This document shows, piece by piece, positions 1 through 9,789 of a DNA stretch of 64,000 nucleotides. The stretch is from Verrucomicrobiota bacterium (GTDB lineage: Bacteria > Verrucomicrobiota > Verrucomicrobiia > Verrucomicrobiales > Akkermansiaceae). The stretch lies in the NCBI GenBank assembly GCA_037133375.1, contig JBAXOF010000001.1, forward strand, positions 4,724-68,723, given 5' to 3'. The notes under the pieces were generated by a model. The model was not told the origin of the DNA. It worked only from the letters and a program-made list of their open reading frames with translations, and made no database searches. Every line of letters starts with the position of its first letter. Positions within the stretch are counted from its first letter, which is position 1. The position numbers and the translations under genes are program-made.

Positions 1-623
1 GGGCAACTCACCGGGATGAAGGGTTCGGCGGTGCGCGTGCTCAGATGGTGGATTTCGCGGGCGACGAAGGTTTTGCCAGTGCCGCTTTCACCAGTGAGCA
101 GCAAGGTGACGTCGAGTTGTGCCGCCTTTTGCATTTGCTCGAATAACTCGCGCATCCGCGGGCTGTGGTTTTTTTTCAGCAAGCCGCCGTGTTTGCGGGC
201 GGCAGTGGTGGCATCAAACACCTGTGCGTTTGAGTTCTGGCGACGCAAGCGACACGCCTTCAGGATCACGCCAAACAGCCGGTCCAATTCAAACGGCTTG
301 GTCAGGTAATCATCGGCCCCGGCACGCAGTGCCCGCACTGCGGTTTCCGCGTCATTGTGGCCGGTGAGCATGATCACCGCCACTTCCGGGCGCCGTTTGC
401 GCAATCTCTCCAGCACCTGGATGCCGTCGCCATCAGGCAGGCCGTGATCCAGCACCACCGCCTTGATCTCAGCGGTGAGGAGTTGGCAGCCTTCCGCGCC
501 AGAGCCGGCCGCAACCGGTTGCCAGCCCCTGCTGCGGGCCGCCATGCTCAACAAATTCCTGATGGATTCGTCGTCGTCGACGAGTAAAAGGTTAGGTGGG
601 ACTTGGGGACTGGACATGTGCAT
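1..623 (-). CDS. Sigma54-dependent (NtrC-family) response regulator, REC + start of AAA+ domain; 3' end runs off the window
   Basis: Manual translation of the minus strand from ATG at 623 (or 617): MHMSSPQVPPNLLLVDDDESIRNLL...VVLDHGLPDGDG...MLTG...YLTKPF (REC), then LDVTLLLTGESGTGKTFVAREIH (Walker A typical of bacterial enhancer-binding proteins). Absent from the ORF track because it has no stop in the window. Confidence 0.9.
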   Translation of the reverse strand, partial: MHMSSPQVPPNLLLVDDDESIRNLLSMAARSRGWQPVAAGSGAEGCQLLTAEIKAVVLDHGLPDGDGIQVLERLRKRRPEVAVIMLTGHNDAETAVRALRAGADDYLTKPFELDRLFGVILKACRLRRQNSNAQVFDATTAARKHGGLLKKNHSPRMRELFEQMQKAAQLDVTLLLTGESGTGKTFVAREIHHLSTRTAEPFIPVSC

Positions 624-760
624 CAAGCCGCTACTTCCAGTGACGGCACCGGAAATAAGTCCCATGCCACCGCATACGGCAACAAAAATCGTCTGAAAAA
701 ATGCGATCAAACCCCTGCTAACCCGCTGGAAATGGTGGTTATTATCCCTATTGCTGGGAT

Positions 761-1441
761 TTAACGCAGAATTTTGGCAAAGTCGCCACGCTGACGGCGC
801 GGACTCCTCTGACTGCTCGGATATTCAACCGGCACCCAACCGCGTTCCTTGAGGTTTTGTCTCCTCACTGAATACCACCATTGGGTTCGCACCGTCGCAA
901 ATTGCACCACCGCCACTGCCAACCCCATCAGCGCCACCCCCCACCAGATGGCTGGCAGCGCTCCTCGATCAATCAAGACGATGAGCGCAATGCCAGCCAA
1001 CCCGTGTATTAAGGCCGTGAAAACCCACACCTTCGTCGCCCACCTCCGACTCTTGCTGAGCAGGGTGAACTCGTAACTCAAGCCAACTACGACGCCAATG
1101 AGGCCACACCACCCTATCATCACCCGCAGGGAAAGGGACTCTGGGACTGATCCCATCACTTGCAGAAAAGTCGTCGAGTATCTCAGCCACGGCAGACCCA
1201 TGCAAATATCTAACAAGCTAACCATAAAGGGCCAGATGATGACAAACTTCTGCTTTGCGCGAAGCTGGAGCAGGGACATATCGTGGGGATCCATAACGGT
1301 GGCAAGGGATGTAACTGATATCCTATTGCAGACGCCGTGCCAGAGCGTTACGATTCGATATATCCCATATACTACAAGGGATTCTGCGGGTTGAAGCTGG
1401 GGTTGGAGCACACTTCCATCCTGCAATTCCTGCATCATCAT
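761..1441 (-). CDS. Hypothetical membrane protein (about 4 TM segments)
   Basis: 226-aa ORF with four hydrophobic stretches ([62 protein letters not shown]). Starts 19 nt after the kinase stop. Lower GC than neighbours (25/60 at 1201-1260). No family recognised; start uncertain. Confidence 0.5.
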   Translation of the reverse strand: MMMQELQDGSVLQPQLQPAESLVVYGIYRIVTLWHGVCNRISVTSLATVMDPHDMSLLQLRAKQKFVIIWPFMVSLLDICMGLPWLRYSTTFLQVMGSVPESLSLRVMIGWCGLIGVVVGLSYEFTLLSKSRRWATKVWVFTALIHGLAGIALIVLIDRGALPAIWWGVALMGLAVAVVQFATVRTQWWYSVRRQNLKERGWVPVEYPSSQRSPRRQRGDFAKILR

Positions 1442-1459
1442 TGCACGACTTGCGGGATC

Positions 1460-2584
1460 TCAGGGCATTGGGACACGCGGCAAAACGCACCAGAAGGTGC
1501 TGCCTTGGCCCGGTTCACTCGTCACACCGATGCTGCCGCCCTGCGCCTCGACCGCCAATTTGCAGAAGGCCAGGCCCAGGCCAGTGGACCCAAGCCGACT
1601 GGCCATCGGCTGATCGAATACTCCGAATTTTTCAAAAATCCGCGCATGATAGGGAGCTGGGATTCCGGGGCCATGGTCGCGGAGCCAGATGCGCACGCCA
1701 CCGGGGTCGGGAGCTGCGCCGAGTTCGATCTCACGCTCAGCCGGCGAATACTTGAACGCGTTGGCGAGCAGATTGGCGACGATGCGCACGCTCAACTCCA
1801 CATCACAGAACAGTTCCGGACAATCCCCGGCAAGTCGTTGGACAATGCGGCAGCCACTGGCCGGATCCAGCGTCTGGGCGCGGGCCGTGAGAAAGATTTC
1901 CGCAACCGGCACTGCCACCTGATGCAGTGGGATGTCCGTGGATTCCATGCGGCTGATATCCACCACTGTGGAAACCATCCGGCCGAGACGGCGCGCGTTC
2001 TGGATGGCGGTGAAGAGGCTGCTCTGGTCATCCGCATGCAGTGGGTCTCCGGCCGCATTGCCATGGATGAGTTCAAGGTGGCCGCAAATCACCTGCAAGG
2101 GGGTGCGCATGTCATGCACCAGCATGTGGGTGAGTCTGTCACGCTGGTGCGCGAGGAGTTGCAATCGCGCGTGCTCTTGTGCCAGTTTGATATAGGCCGC
2201 CCGCAACGCCAGATGGGTGCGGACGCGGGCTAACACCTCGACTTCACGGAAGGGTTTGACAATGTAGTCCACGCCGCCGCAGGCGAATCCCGCAGTGATG
2301 TCCGCCGCCGCGGAAAGGGCACTGATGAAAAGCACCGGAATTTGATAGAGGCGCTCATCCGCCTTGAGGCGGCGGCACACTTCATACCCATCCATGCCCG
2401 GCATGCGCACGTCCAACAGCACCAGCGCGGGCGGTTCGGCGCGGGCCGCAGCGAGCGCCAGCTCGCCGTGTGGAAAGGCCCGCACGGCCCAGCCGGCTTC
2501 GCTCAGCATCGCCCCGAGCACATTGAGGTTCTCAGGCTCGTCATCGACGATCATGAGGGTGGCTGGCTTGGCATCGAGGTTCAT
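1460..2584 (-). CDS. Hybrid response regulator/histidine kinase (REC-HisKA-HATPase)
   Basis: [10 protein letters not shown]...[11 protein letters not shown]...YIVKPF (REC); H-box LVHDMRTPL; N-box NLLANAFKY; G boxes DHGPGI and [14 protein letters not shown] overlap with the upstream gene at 2581-2584. Confidence 0.93.
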   Translation of the reverse strand: MNLDAKPATLMIVDDEPENLNVLGAMLSEAGWAVRAFPHGELALAAARAEPPALVLLDVRMPGMDGYEVCRRLKADERLYQIPVLFISALSAAADITAGFACGGVDYIVKPFREVEVLARVRTHLALRAAYIKLAQEHARLQLLAHQRDRLTHMLVHDMRTPLQVICGHLELIHGNAAGDPLHADDQSSLFTAIQNARRLGRMVSTVVDISRMESTDIPLHQVAVPVAEIFLTARAQTLDPASGCRIVQRLAGDCPELFCDVELSVRIVANLLANAFKYSPAEREIELGAAPDPGGVRIWLRDHGPGIPAPYHARIFEKFGVFDQPMASRLGSTGLGLAFCKLAVEAQGGSIGVTSEPGQGSTFWCVLPRVPMP

Positions 2585-5500
2585 ACGCGGGCTCCTTTCG
2601 CCGCGTCCAGTAACCGGCGCAGGCTTGCATAATCGTAAATATCCAACAGCAGTCCCAAGCCGGTGGCCACTTCGCCATGGGCGGTGGCAAGCGCCGCGAA
2701 CAACTGGCGCAACTGCTGGGTGTCACCGCGCAGCAGTGCCTGATCGAACTGGCGCAACTGCTCCGTGGAAAGGCTGTTCAAGGTGGCGGCATCGAGCGGG
2801 GCCGACGGAATGACCGGGTGCGGTTCTGCGGCCTCATACGTGTAGCGGACTCCGGCGAGGCGGGCGATTTCTGCCAACAGTTGTTCCCGCCGCACGGGTT
2901 TGGCGATATAGCCATCCGCGCCGGCGGCGCGTGCCAAGTCACTTTCCTTGTGGAACCCGGAAGCCGACACCATCAGCACGGGAAGCTCGCTCCCACCCGG
3001 AAGCGCCCGCAAATGTGGGAGCGCCTCGTAACCGCTCATCTCCGGCATGTTCTTGTCAATGAGCACCAGCGTCACATCCTTGGCTTGGCGCAAGCGCTCC
3101 AAGGCCTGCGCCGCGCTGGCCACGGTTTCCACCGTGAATCCGACCTCCGTGAGCATGGCCTCGAGCATGGTGCGGTTTTCGATTTCATCATCCACCACCA
3201 ACAGCCGGCAGGCGGGCTGATCCGTGGCCAACCCCAGCACCTTGTTCTGGTCAAGCAACTCCAGCCAGGTGCCGCCGACGGGGTAGGTGTTGAAAGTGAA
3301 ACGGAAGCGACTGCCCCTGCCGAGACCACTGGTCACGGTGATTCCGCCGCCAAGGGCCTGGGCGTAGCGGCGGCTCAGCGGCAAGCCCAAGCCGGTGCCT
3401 GTGCCACTCTTGAGGCCATGTTCCGCCTGCTCGAAGGTCTGGAAGATACGCTCTAGATCGTCCTCGCCAATGCCACAACCGCTATCCTCGACATCCACCG
3501 CGAGGGGGAGGCCATCCGCCATGGAGCTTTCCAGCAGTGAGGCGGACACGCGCACCCCGCCCTGGGCCGTGAACTTGACCGCGTTGCCTATCAGGTTGAC
3601 AATGATTTGCTGCACCTTGGTGGGGTCGGCGTTGATGAATTGCGGGACGTCTGGATCCCAGGTCACCTCCAGCGTCGTGCCTTGTTTAATTATCAACTCG
3701 AGAAACATCAGCCGGATGTCCTCAAGCATCTGGTGAAAATTGAAATCCCGGGGTGACATCACGAGCGCCTGGCCTTCAGCACGTGCCATGTCCAAGAGGT
3801 CCGTGGAAAGCCTCAGGAGATGCTCGGCACTGCGGGTGATGGGCTTGAGCCGGTTGCGCGAGAGGCAGCCCTGGCATTCGCGTTCCATGATCTGGGCATA
3901 ACCCAGGACGGAATTGAGGGGGGTGCGGATTTCATGGGACATGTTCGCCAGAAACAGACCTTTGGCTTCGGCGGCAACCTGCGCCGTGTCGCGCGCCTTG
4001 AGCAAGCTGCCTTGCAGCTCGCTGGACTTGTGCTCCATGGTGCTGCGGGTATGAAAATTGGCATAGAGTTCGGCCAGCACGCGCAACAGGGCGATCTCCT
4101 CAGTCTGCCAGATGCGCAGCTGCCGCACGGCATTGAAGCCGACGTGGCCCAAACATCTCCCATTCTGCATGAGTGGCAGAGTGATGGTCGAGCGGACTTC
4201 CCGTGGGTCTAGCAACTGGCGCAGAGGATCGTCTTGCGGCAAGGCCTCCACGTCGGGGATGTCTACCACCTCGCCGCGCTGATGGGTGGCCACGCGGTCC
4301 TTAATGAGCGCAATGGGCAGTGCCTGTAGCTTGGCCATGCGTGAGGGGATGCCGGGACCGCACCACTCATGGGTGCTGGACATGAGCCCGGCCGCAAAGT
4401 CATACACCACCAGATAGGCCCGGTCCACCGCCACCAGCTGTCCTATCGTTGCTAGAGACTTGTTAATCGCGATATCCCGGAGGTTCAGCGGCACGTTGAT
4501 AAACTCGGTGGCCAGACTCAGCAGCGTGCTTTGAATCGCCGCCAGCCTTGCCATCTCGGTATCCATGCGATTCCGCTCGGTGATGTCCCAGTTGGTGCCA
4601 ATCATGTGCAAGGGCTTGCCGGAGGCATCACGCTCCACCACCGCAAACCCACGAATGTGGTGAATCGTCCCGTCCGGCCACACCACGCGGAATTCAGTGT
4701 CGAAATCCTTGGAGCTATGCAACGCCAACTGGATTTCCGCGTCACCGCGTTGGCGGTCGTCCGGGTGCAGCCCGGCCTGCCAAGCCTCGTAAGCCCCGCC
4801 GAATTGCGCCTGCGTGATGCCGTAGAGGCGGTACATTTGCTCATCCCAGGCCAACCGGTTATTGACCACGTCATAGTCCCAAATGCCCACGCCGCCAGCC
4901 CGCGCCGCCAGCGACAAGCGGTTGGAGGTCTCATTCAAATCCTTGGTCATGTGTCCCGCCAGCGTGCGGGCATTGCTGCGGGTGCTGACTAACGAGAGAA
5001 TCAAGCCCGCCAGCAGCAGGCTGATGCTGCCACCGGTGCCCATGGTCAACCAGACTCTGCTCTGCAACATGGCCTTTTCCGCGCCGTCAGCCTTGGCAAT
5101 ACTCAACAGCCATTGGTGCCCTCCGGAATAGATACTCACTTGTTGGGTCCGATGATGGGCCAGTGGGGAGGGATCGTTGCCGCTTTGCTCACTGTCATAA
5201 AGCAGGGTGGCCAGGGTGGCCGTCGCGCCATCATGGATTTGCAGGTGGAGGTGTTTCTGCCCCACCAAGCGGCCTTGTTCCAGAACGCCCGCCATCAGGT
5301 CGTTCATCCGATACGGACTGTAAACCCAGCCGATGAGGGCGGCGCGACGCTCGGCCAGCGTGGCGCGAGCGGACCCTATCTGATAGACAGGCGCATACAT
5401 CAAAGTGCCGGCCTGAACGTCTTGGCCGTTTTCCTGCACCAGCTTGACCTTGCCGGAAAGGGTGGCCTGATCCTCATCCCGAGCCGTTTCCATGGCCGCG

Positions 5501-6072
5501 CGGCGCACCGGTTCGGTGAACATGTCGTAGCCGAAGGCGCGCAGGTTTCTGCCGGCAAAGGGTTCGAGGAAGGCAATCGAGGTGTAACTTTCCCGCGCCC
5601 CCTCCGGCCACACCCGATACTCGGGAAAGCCCTCGGCACGCACTGCTCGCACATGTGCGGCCAGTTGCTGGCTGGGCACCCACATGGCAAAGCCGAGACC
5701 TTGGATGCCGGGTAGCTTCTGGTTGACCTTCTGGCGTTCGACGAATTCGTGCCACTCCACACGGCTGACGCCATCCGTGTCGGCGAAGAATGCCGCAGCG
5801 CTGCGCAGGATCTGCTCGTGGGCGCGGAGCCGCTCCTCTATCCTGGTTTGAATTCTCTGACAATCGGAATCAAACGCCAGTCTGGCGTCCGTCTCCCCGT
5901 CGAATTTAAACGTCTGCGCCAGCCAACCCGTAACAACCAGCCCCCCACCTAACATTAGCAAGATCAGCCACACCCAGCCCCCCCCACCGCGCAGGATACC
6001 GCTGCCATGCGGGTGCGGCCGGAGTTCTGCCGCCGCGCAATCCACGGCGTCTTGGGTTGAGGCAGAATTCAT
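2581..6072 (-). CDS. Membrane hybrid sensor histidine kinase (CHASE-PAS-GAF-HisKA-HATPase-REC)
   Basis: TM, then CHASE (IQGLGF...EPFAGRNLRAFGYDMFTEPVRRAAM), TM, PAS (GIWDYD...LHPDDR...GTNWDITERNR), GAF (THEWCG), H-box FLANMSHEIRTPLN, NLIGNAVKFT, DSGCGI, GTGLGL and C-terminal REC (LLVVDD, LIDKNMP, KPV). Confidence 0.95.
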   Translation of the reverse strand: MNSASTQDAVDCAAAELRPHPHGSGILRGGGGWVWLILLMLGGGLVVTGWLAQTFKFDGETDARLAFDSDCQRIQTRIEERLRAHEQILRSAAAFFADTDGVSRVEWHEFVERQKVNQKLPGIQGLGFAMWVPSQQLAAHVRAVRAEGFPEYRVWPEGARESYTSIAFLEPFAGRNLRAFGYDMFTEPVRRAAMETARDEDQATLSGKVKLVQENGQDVQAGTLMYAPVYQIGSARATLAERRAALIGWVYSPYRMNDLMAGVLEQGRLVGQKHLHLQIHDGATATLATLLYDSEQSGNDPSPLAHHRTQQVSIYSGGHQWLLSIAKADGAEKAMLQSRVWLTMGTGGSISLLLAGLILSLVSTRSNARTLAGHMTKDLNETSNRLSLAARAGGVGIWDYDVVNNRLAWDEQMYRLYGITQAQFGGAYEAWQAGLHPDDRQRGDAEIQLALHSSKDFDTEFRVVWPDGTIHHIRGFAVVERDASGKPLHMIGTNWDITERNRMDTEMARLAAIQSTLLSLATEFINVPLNLRDIAINKSLATIGQLVAVDRAYLVVYDFAAGLMSSTHEWCGPGIPSRMAKLQALPIALIKDRVATHQRGEVVDIPDVEALPQDDPLRQLLDPREVRSTITLPLMQNGRCLGHVGFNAVRQLRIWQTEEIALLRVLAELYANFHTRSTMEHKSSELQGSLLKARDTAQVAAEAKGLFLANMSHEIRTPLNSVLGYAQIMERECQGCLSRNRLKPITRSAEHLLRLSTDLLDMARAEGQALVMSPRDFNFHQMLEDIRLMFLELIIKQGTTLEVTWDPDVPQFINADPTKVQQIIVNLIGNAVKFTAQGGVRVSASLLESSMADGLPLAVDVEDSGCGIGEDDLERIFQTFEQAEHGLKSGTGTGLGLPLSRRYAQALGGGITVTSGLGRGSRFRFTFNTYPVGGTWLELLDQNKVLGLATDQPACRLLVVDDEIENRTMLEAMLTEVGFTVETVASAAQALERLRQAKDVTLVLIDKNMPEMSGYEALPHLRALPGGSELPVLMVSASGFHKESDLARAAGADGYIAKPVRREQLLAEIARLAGVRYTYEAAEPHPVIPSAPLDAATLNSLSTEQLRQFDQALLRGDTQQLRQLFAALATAHGEVATGLGLLLDIYDYASLRRLLDAAKGARV

Positions 6073-7241
6073 AGGTCAGGCCGCTCCGGCTGGCAATGGG
6101 ATGTTTCCATGGGAAAAGAGACGTTGATCACAAGCCCGCGCCGCACGCCGTTGCGCACCGTGACGCTGCCGTGGAAAAGCCGGATGATGCGGCTGGCCAA
6201 GGCCGCTCCCAAACCAAAATCGCCCGCTTCCTTGAGCAGCTCGCGTTGGCCGCCGATCTCAAAAAATGTCTCAAGCGCGGCGGTGGAGAGGGCGGCACCT
6301 TGGGTGATAATATCCACACTCGCCTGCCCGGCAGCGACCTGCGCCACCAGCGTGAGAGGTTCTCCCGCTGCCACACAATGGGTGGCCGTCAGCAGCAGCT
6401 CGGTGAAGGCGCGCACGAGCAATCCCGGCTCCCCGCTGATGATCAGCTCATCCGCCGCGTCGAGGGCGGCGTTGATTGTGTTAGAGCGAGTCTGGCTGGC
6501 CACCACGTCCAACGCGCTCTGGAGCACCTGTCTCAAGCGCACCGGTGTGCCTGTAAACCCCTCCTGCTCCACGTTGATGTGTGCAAGGGTCTGCGCGTCA
6601 TTCATCAGTTTCTCGATGCGCTGGCAGGACGCGTCGAAGTCCGGGCGCAACGCGTAATGCTCCGAGGCGGGCGGCAAGTCAGCGAACAAGAGCTCTGCGA
6701 TGCCGATGATGCCATTGAGCGGCGTGCGCATCTCGTGGGACAACACGTTGAGCCACTGGCTTTTGGCCTCATCCCAGATTTGCAGACGGCGGTGCGCCTC
6801 GGTCAGATCCAGCATGCGCTGCGCCACGAGTTCTTCCAGATGGAGTTGGAACCACCGTAAATGCAAATGGGTGTCGATGCGCGCCAATACCTCAGCCTCT
6901 GCAAAGGGCTTGGTCACATAATCCACGCCCCCGGCATCAAAGGCTCGCAGCTTGTCGGATGGCTCGGTAAAGGCACTCAGAAAAATGATGGGGATCCCGC
7001 GCAGTTGCTCGTCCGCCTTGAAACGGCGGCACGCCTCGTAGCCATCCATGCCCGGCATCTGGATATCCAGCAGCACCAGGTCAGGCAATTCAGCATGGGC
7101 GGCAGCCAGTGCCAGCGCACCGCCCGGCAGGGCCCGCACGCCCAATCCCGCCCCGCTCAACATCTCGCCCAGCACGTTGAGGTTGCCGGGTTCGTCATCG
7201 ACGATCATAATGGTGGCTCGTGGAGCGCCAGGAGTTTTCAT
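6069..7241 (-). CDS. REC-HisKA protein with degenerate HATPase domain
   Basis: REC intact (IMIVDDEPGN, LLDIQMPGMDG, YVTKPF) and H-box intact (LSHEMRTPLNG). N-box reads AFTELLLTATH and G1 reads DIITQGAAL. Start at 7241 gives an ATGA overlap with the upstream gene. Confidence 0.85.
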   Translation of the reverse strand: MKTPGAPRATIMIVDDEPGNLNVLGEMLSGAGLGVRALPGGALALAAAHAELPDLVLLDIQMPGMDGYEACRRFKADEQLRGIPIIFLSAFTEPSDKLRAFDAGGVDYVTKPFAEAEVLARIDTHLHLRWFQLHLEELVAQRMLDLTEAHRRLQIWDEAKSQWLNVLSHEMRTPLNGIIGIAELLFADLPPASEHYALRPDFDASCQRIEKLMNDAQTLAHINVEQEGFTGTPVRLRQVLQSALDVVASQTRSNTINAALDAADELIISGEPGLLVRAFTELLLTATHCVAAGEPLTLVAQVAAGQASVDIITQGAALSTAALETFFEIGGQRELLKEAGDFGLGAALASRIIRLFHGSVTVRNGVRRGLVINVSFPMETSHCQPERPDL

Positions 7242-9640
7242 AAGGTGGTTCTCGGGATTGACTCTAACATACAACGCAAGCGCTCATAATTGTAAGCATC
7301 CACCAGCATGCGCAGCCCGGCGGCCAGCCCGGCATGCTCGCTCTCAATCCCTGCTAGCAAGTCCCGCAATTGTTGGATATCGCCGCGGTGCAGCGCTTGC
7401 GCGAGAAGTTGGCACGTTGCGTCCGGCAGACAGGTCAAGGCTGCGGCATCCAGCAGGGGCGGCGGCGGAGGCGCGGCTTGGTCCGTATCGTGAACGTAAC
7501 GGACCCCGACGACGCGACCGATTTCCGCGAGCAACTGTTCGCGGCGCACGGGTTTGGAGATATAGCCATCCGCGCCGATGGCCAGCGCCTGGGCCTTCTC
7601 GTCGGCAACCCCGGAGGCGGTCACCACCAGCACCGGCAAATTGCGCCCGCCAGGCAGTTGGCGCAACAGGGTAATGGCTGCGTAACCATCCATCCCCGGC
7701 AGCCGCTTGTCCATGAGCACCAGATCCAGATCATTGGCCCGCTGCAACCGATCAAGGGCTTGCGCCGCGCTGTCCACGGCTTCGACGCTGAATCCGGCCG
7801 CCATGAGCATGACGCTGAGCATGTCGCGATTATCGGGTTCATCATCGACCACCAACACCCGGCACGCCCGCTCATCGGCCGCCAAGCGCAGCACGCCTCC
7901 CCAGTGGAGCGGGGCGACAACTCCGCCACTTGCCACGGCGGCATGGAACGTGAAACGGAAACGACTGCCCGTGCCGGGGTGACTGGTGACGGAGACCTCA
8001 CCGCCCAGGGCCCGTGCGTAACGCCGGCTCAAGGGCAGGCCCAAGCCGGTGCCCTTGTCACTCCGCGTGCCGTGTTGGGCTTGCTCGAAGATATCGAAAA
8101 TGCGCTCCAGTTCGTCGTTGTCGATGCCCCGCCCCGTATCCTCGACGTCCACGGTCAGCGTGAGATCTTTCTTCACAGAGCAAGGCACCATGGCGGCGGA
8201 CACCCGCACGCCGCCCTTGACGGTGAACTTGAAGGCATTACCGACGAGGTTGACGAGGATTTGTCGCACCTTGCCGGGATCGCTGTGAATGAATTGCGGA
8301 ACATCCGGGGCATGCGCCAGCTCCAGCGTTAACTCCTGCGCCTGCGCGTGCCGCACAAACATCAGCCGCACATCCTCCAGCACCTGATAGAAATCAAAGT
8401 CGCAGGGTGCCAGCGGGGGCACGCACGCGTCGCTGCGCACCAACTCCAGCAGATCGGTGAGCAATTCGAGCAGATGCTCGCCGCTGCGGCTGATCGCGCT
8501 GAGCCGCGTGCTGTTCGGGCACTCCCGGCACTCGCGTTGCATGATCTGCGCGTAGCCGAGCACGGCGTTGAGGGGCGTGCGGATTTCGTGCGACATGTTA
8601 GCCAGGAACAAGCTTTTGGCCATGGCTGCGGCTTGCGCCGCATCGCGGGCTTGAATCAAATTTTGCTGGAGGTTGCGGGCTTCGCACTCATTGACGCTGC
8701 GGGCTTCAAGGTTGGCGAACAATTCGGCCAGCACACGCAGCAAGGCCACCTCCTCGGTGCGCCACACCCGCTCCTCGCGCACCGCGTCAAAGCCCACAAA
8801 GCCAAGACATGCCTGCCCCTGCATTAGCGGCAGGGTGATGAGTGAGCGAATTCCCTGCGGTTCGAGTATTTGGCGCAGAACCCCCGTGCTCGGCAAGGCA
8901 GCGACGCTGGGGATATGCATGGCCTCGCCCTGGCGGTGCGCCGTCACCCAAGCCGGCAGCAGTGCGTTGGGAATGGCTTGCAGATTGTCGATCTCCGGGG
9001 CGATGTCCGGGCCACACCATTCGTGGGTGTTGTGCATGATATCGGCGGCGAAGTCGTAGGCGAACAGATAGGCTCGATCCGCTTCAATGAGCCGCCCCAT
9101 GGTGGCCAGCGACTCGTTAATCGCGGTGTCCTGGTGCTCCGTCGGCACGTTGATAAAATGGGTGGCCAGATGCATCAACTCGCGCTGAATCAGCGAGAGT
9201 CTGGCCAGTTCGGCCTCGGCACGCTTGCGCTTGGTGATGGCCTCCTTCTCCTCGGTCAGGTTTTTGCAGACCCCAAAGAGGCAGTTTGCCCCATTCCACT
9301 TGCCAAACCACACGCGGGTCTCAACCGGCACCAACTCCCCGTCCTTGCGCGCCAATGGCAGCGGGCAACTTTCCCGCTCGCCGCGCAACATCGCACCAAA
9401 AATCGCCTCAGCTTCCTGCCGCATGTCCGCCGGATGCACGTCGAGCAGGTGCATATCCCGGATTTCGTCGGACGTGTAGCCGAGGCTGCGGGTGACGGCG
9501 GCGTTGGCGAATAGCACCCGGCCCTCGGGCGTGCTCACCAAGAGCATGTCGGTAATAGTCTCGAAAAACGTGCGGAAATTCGCCTCACTCTCGCGCAGGG
9601 CCTCCTCGGTGTGACTGTTCAATGGGTTTTGACTGGTCAT
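7238..9640 (-). CDS. Cytoplasmic hybrid sensor histidine kinase (PAS-GAF-HisKA-HATPase-REC)
   Basis: From MTSQNPL (ATG 9640): PAS (ESEANFRTFFE...HPADMR), GAF (THEWCG), H-box FLANMSHEIRTPLN, NLVGNAFKFT, DTGRGI, GTGLGL, REC (VLVVDD, LMDKRLP, KPV). Paralogue of the C-terminal part of 2581-6072. Confidence 0.93.
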   Translation of the reverse strand: MTSQNPLNSHTEEALRESEANFRTFFETITDMLLVSTPEGRVLFANAAVTRSLGYTSDEIRDMHLLDVHPADMRQEAEAIFGAMLRGERESCPLPLARKDGELVPVETRVWFGKWNGANCLFGVCKNLTEEKEAITKRKRAEAELARLSLIQRELMHLATHFINVPTEHQDTAINESLATMGRLIEADRAYLFAYDFAADIMHNTHEWCGPDIAPEIDNLQAIPNALLPAWVTAHRQGEAMHIPSVAALPSTGVLRQILEPQGIRSLITLPLMQGQACLGFVGFDAVREERVWRTEEVALLRVLAELFANLEARSVNECEARNLQQNLIQARDAAQAAAMAKSLFLANMSHEIRTPLNAVLGYAQIMQRECRECPNSTRLSAISRSGEHLLELLTDLLELVRSDACVPPLAPCDFDFYQVLEDVRLMFVRHAQAQELTLELAHAPDVPQFIHSDPGKVRQILVNLVGNAFKFTVKGGVRVSAAMVPCSVKKDLTLTVDVEDTGRGIDNDELERIFDIFEQAQHGTRSDKGTGLGLPLSRRYARALGGEVSVTSHPGTGSRFRFTFHAAVASGGVVAPLHWGGVLRLAADERACRVLVVDDEPDNRDMLSVMLMAAGFSVEAVDSAAQALDRLQRANDLDLVLMDKRLPGMDGYAAITLLRQLPGGRNLPVLVVTASGVADEKAQALAIGADGYISKPVRREQLLAEIGRVVGVRYVHDTDQAAPPPPPLLDAAALTCLPDATCQLLAQALHRGDIQQLRDLLAGIESEHAGLAAGLRMLVDAYNYERLRCMLESIPRTTL

Positions 9641-9789
9641 AATCAGCTCGTCATTTGCCCTCTGGGCGTGCCGGCACTCTTGCCCGCATCCGTGTGCTGC
9701 GCAACACCTAATGCGGCATGGGCAAGTCCATGGGGCGTGATTCCAGTGCTTCCCATTTCCAAAACAGCGGCTAGAGTGGGCGCCCGCAC

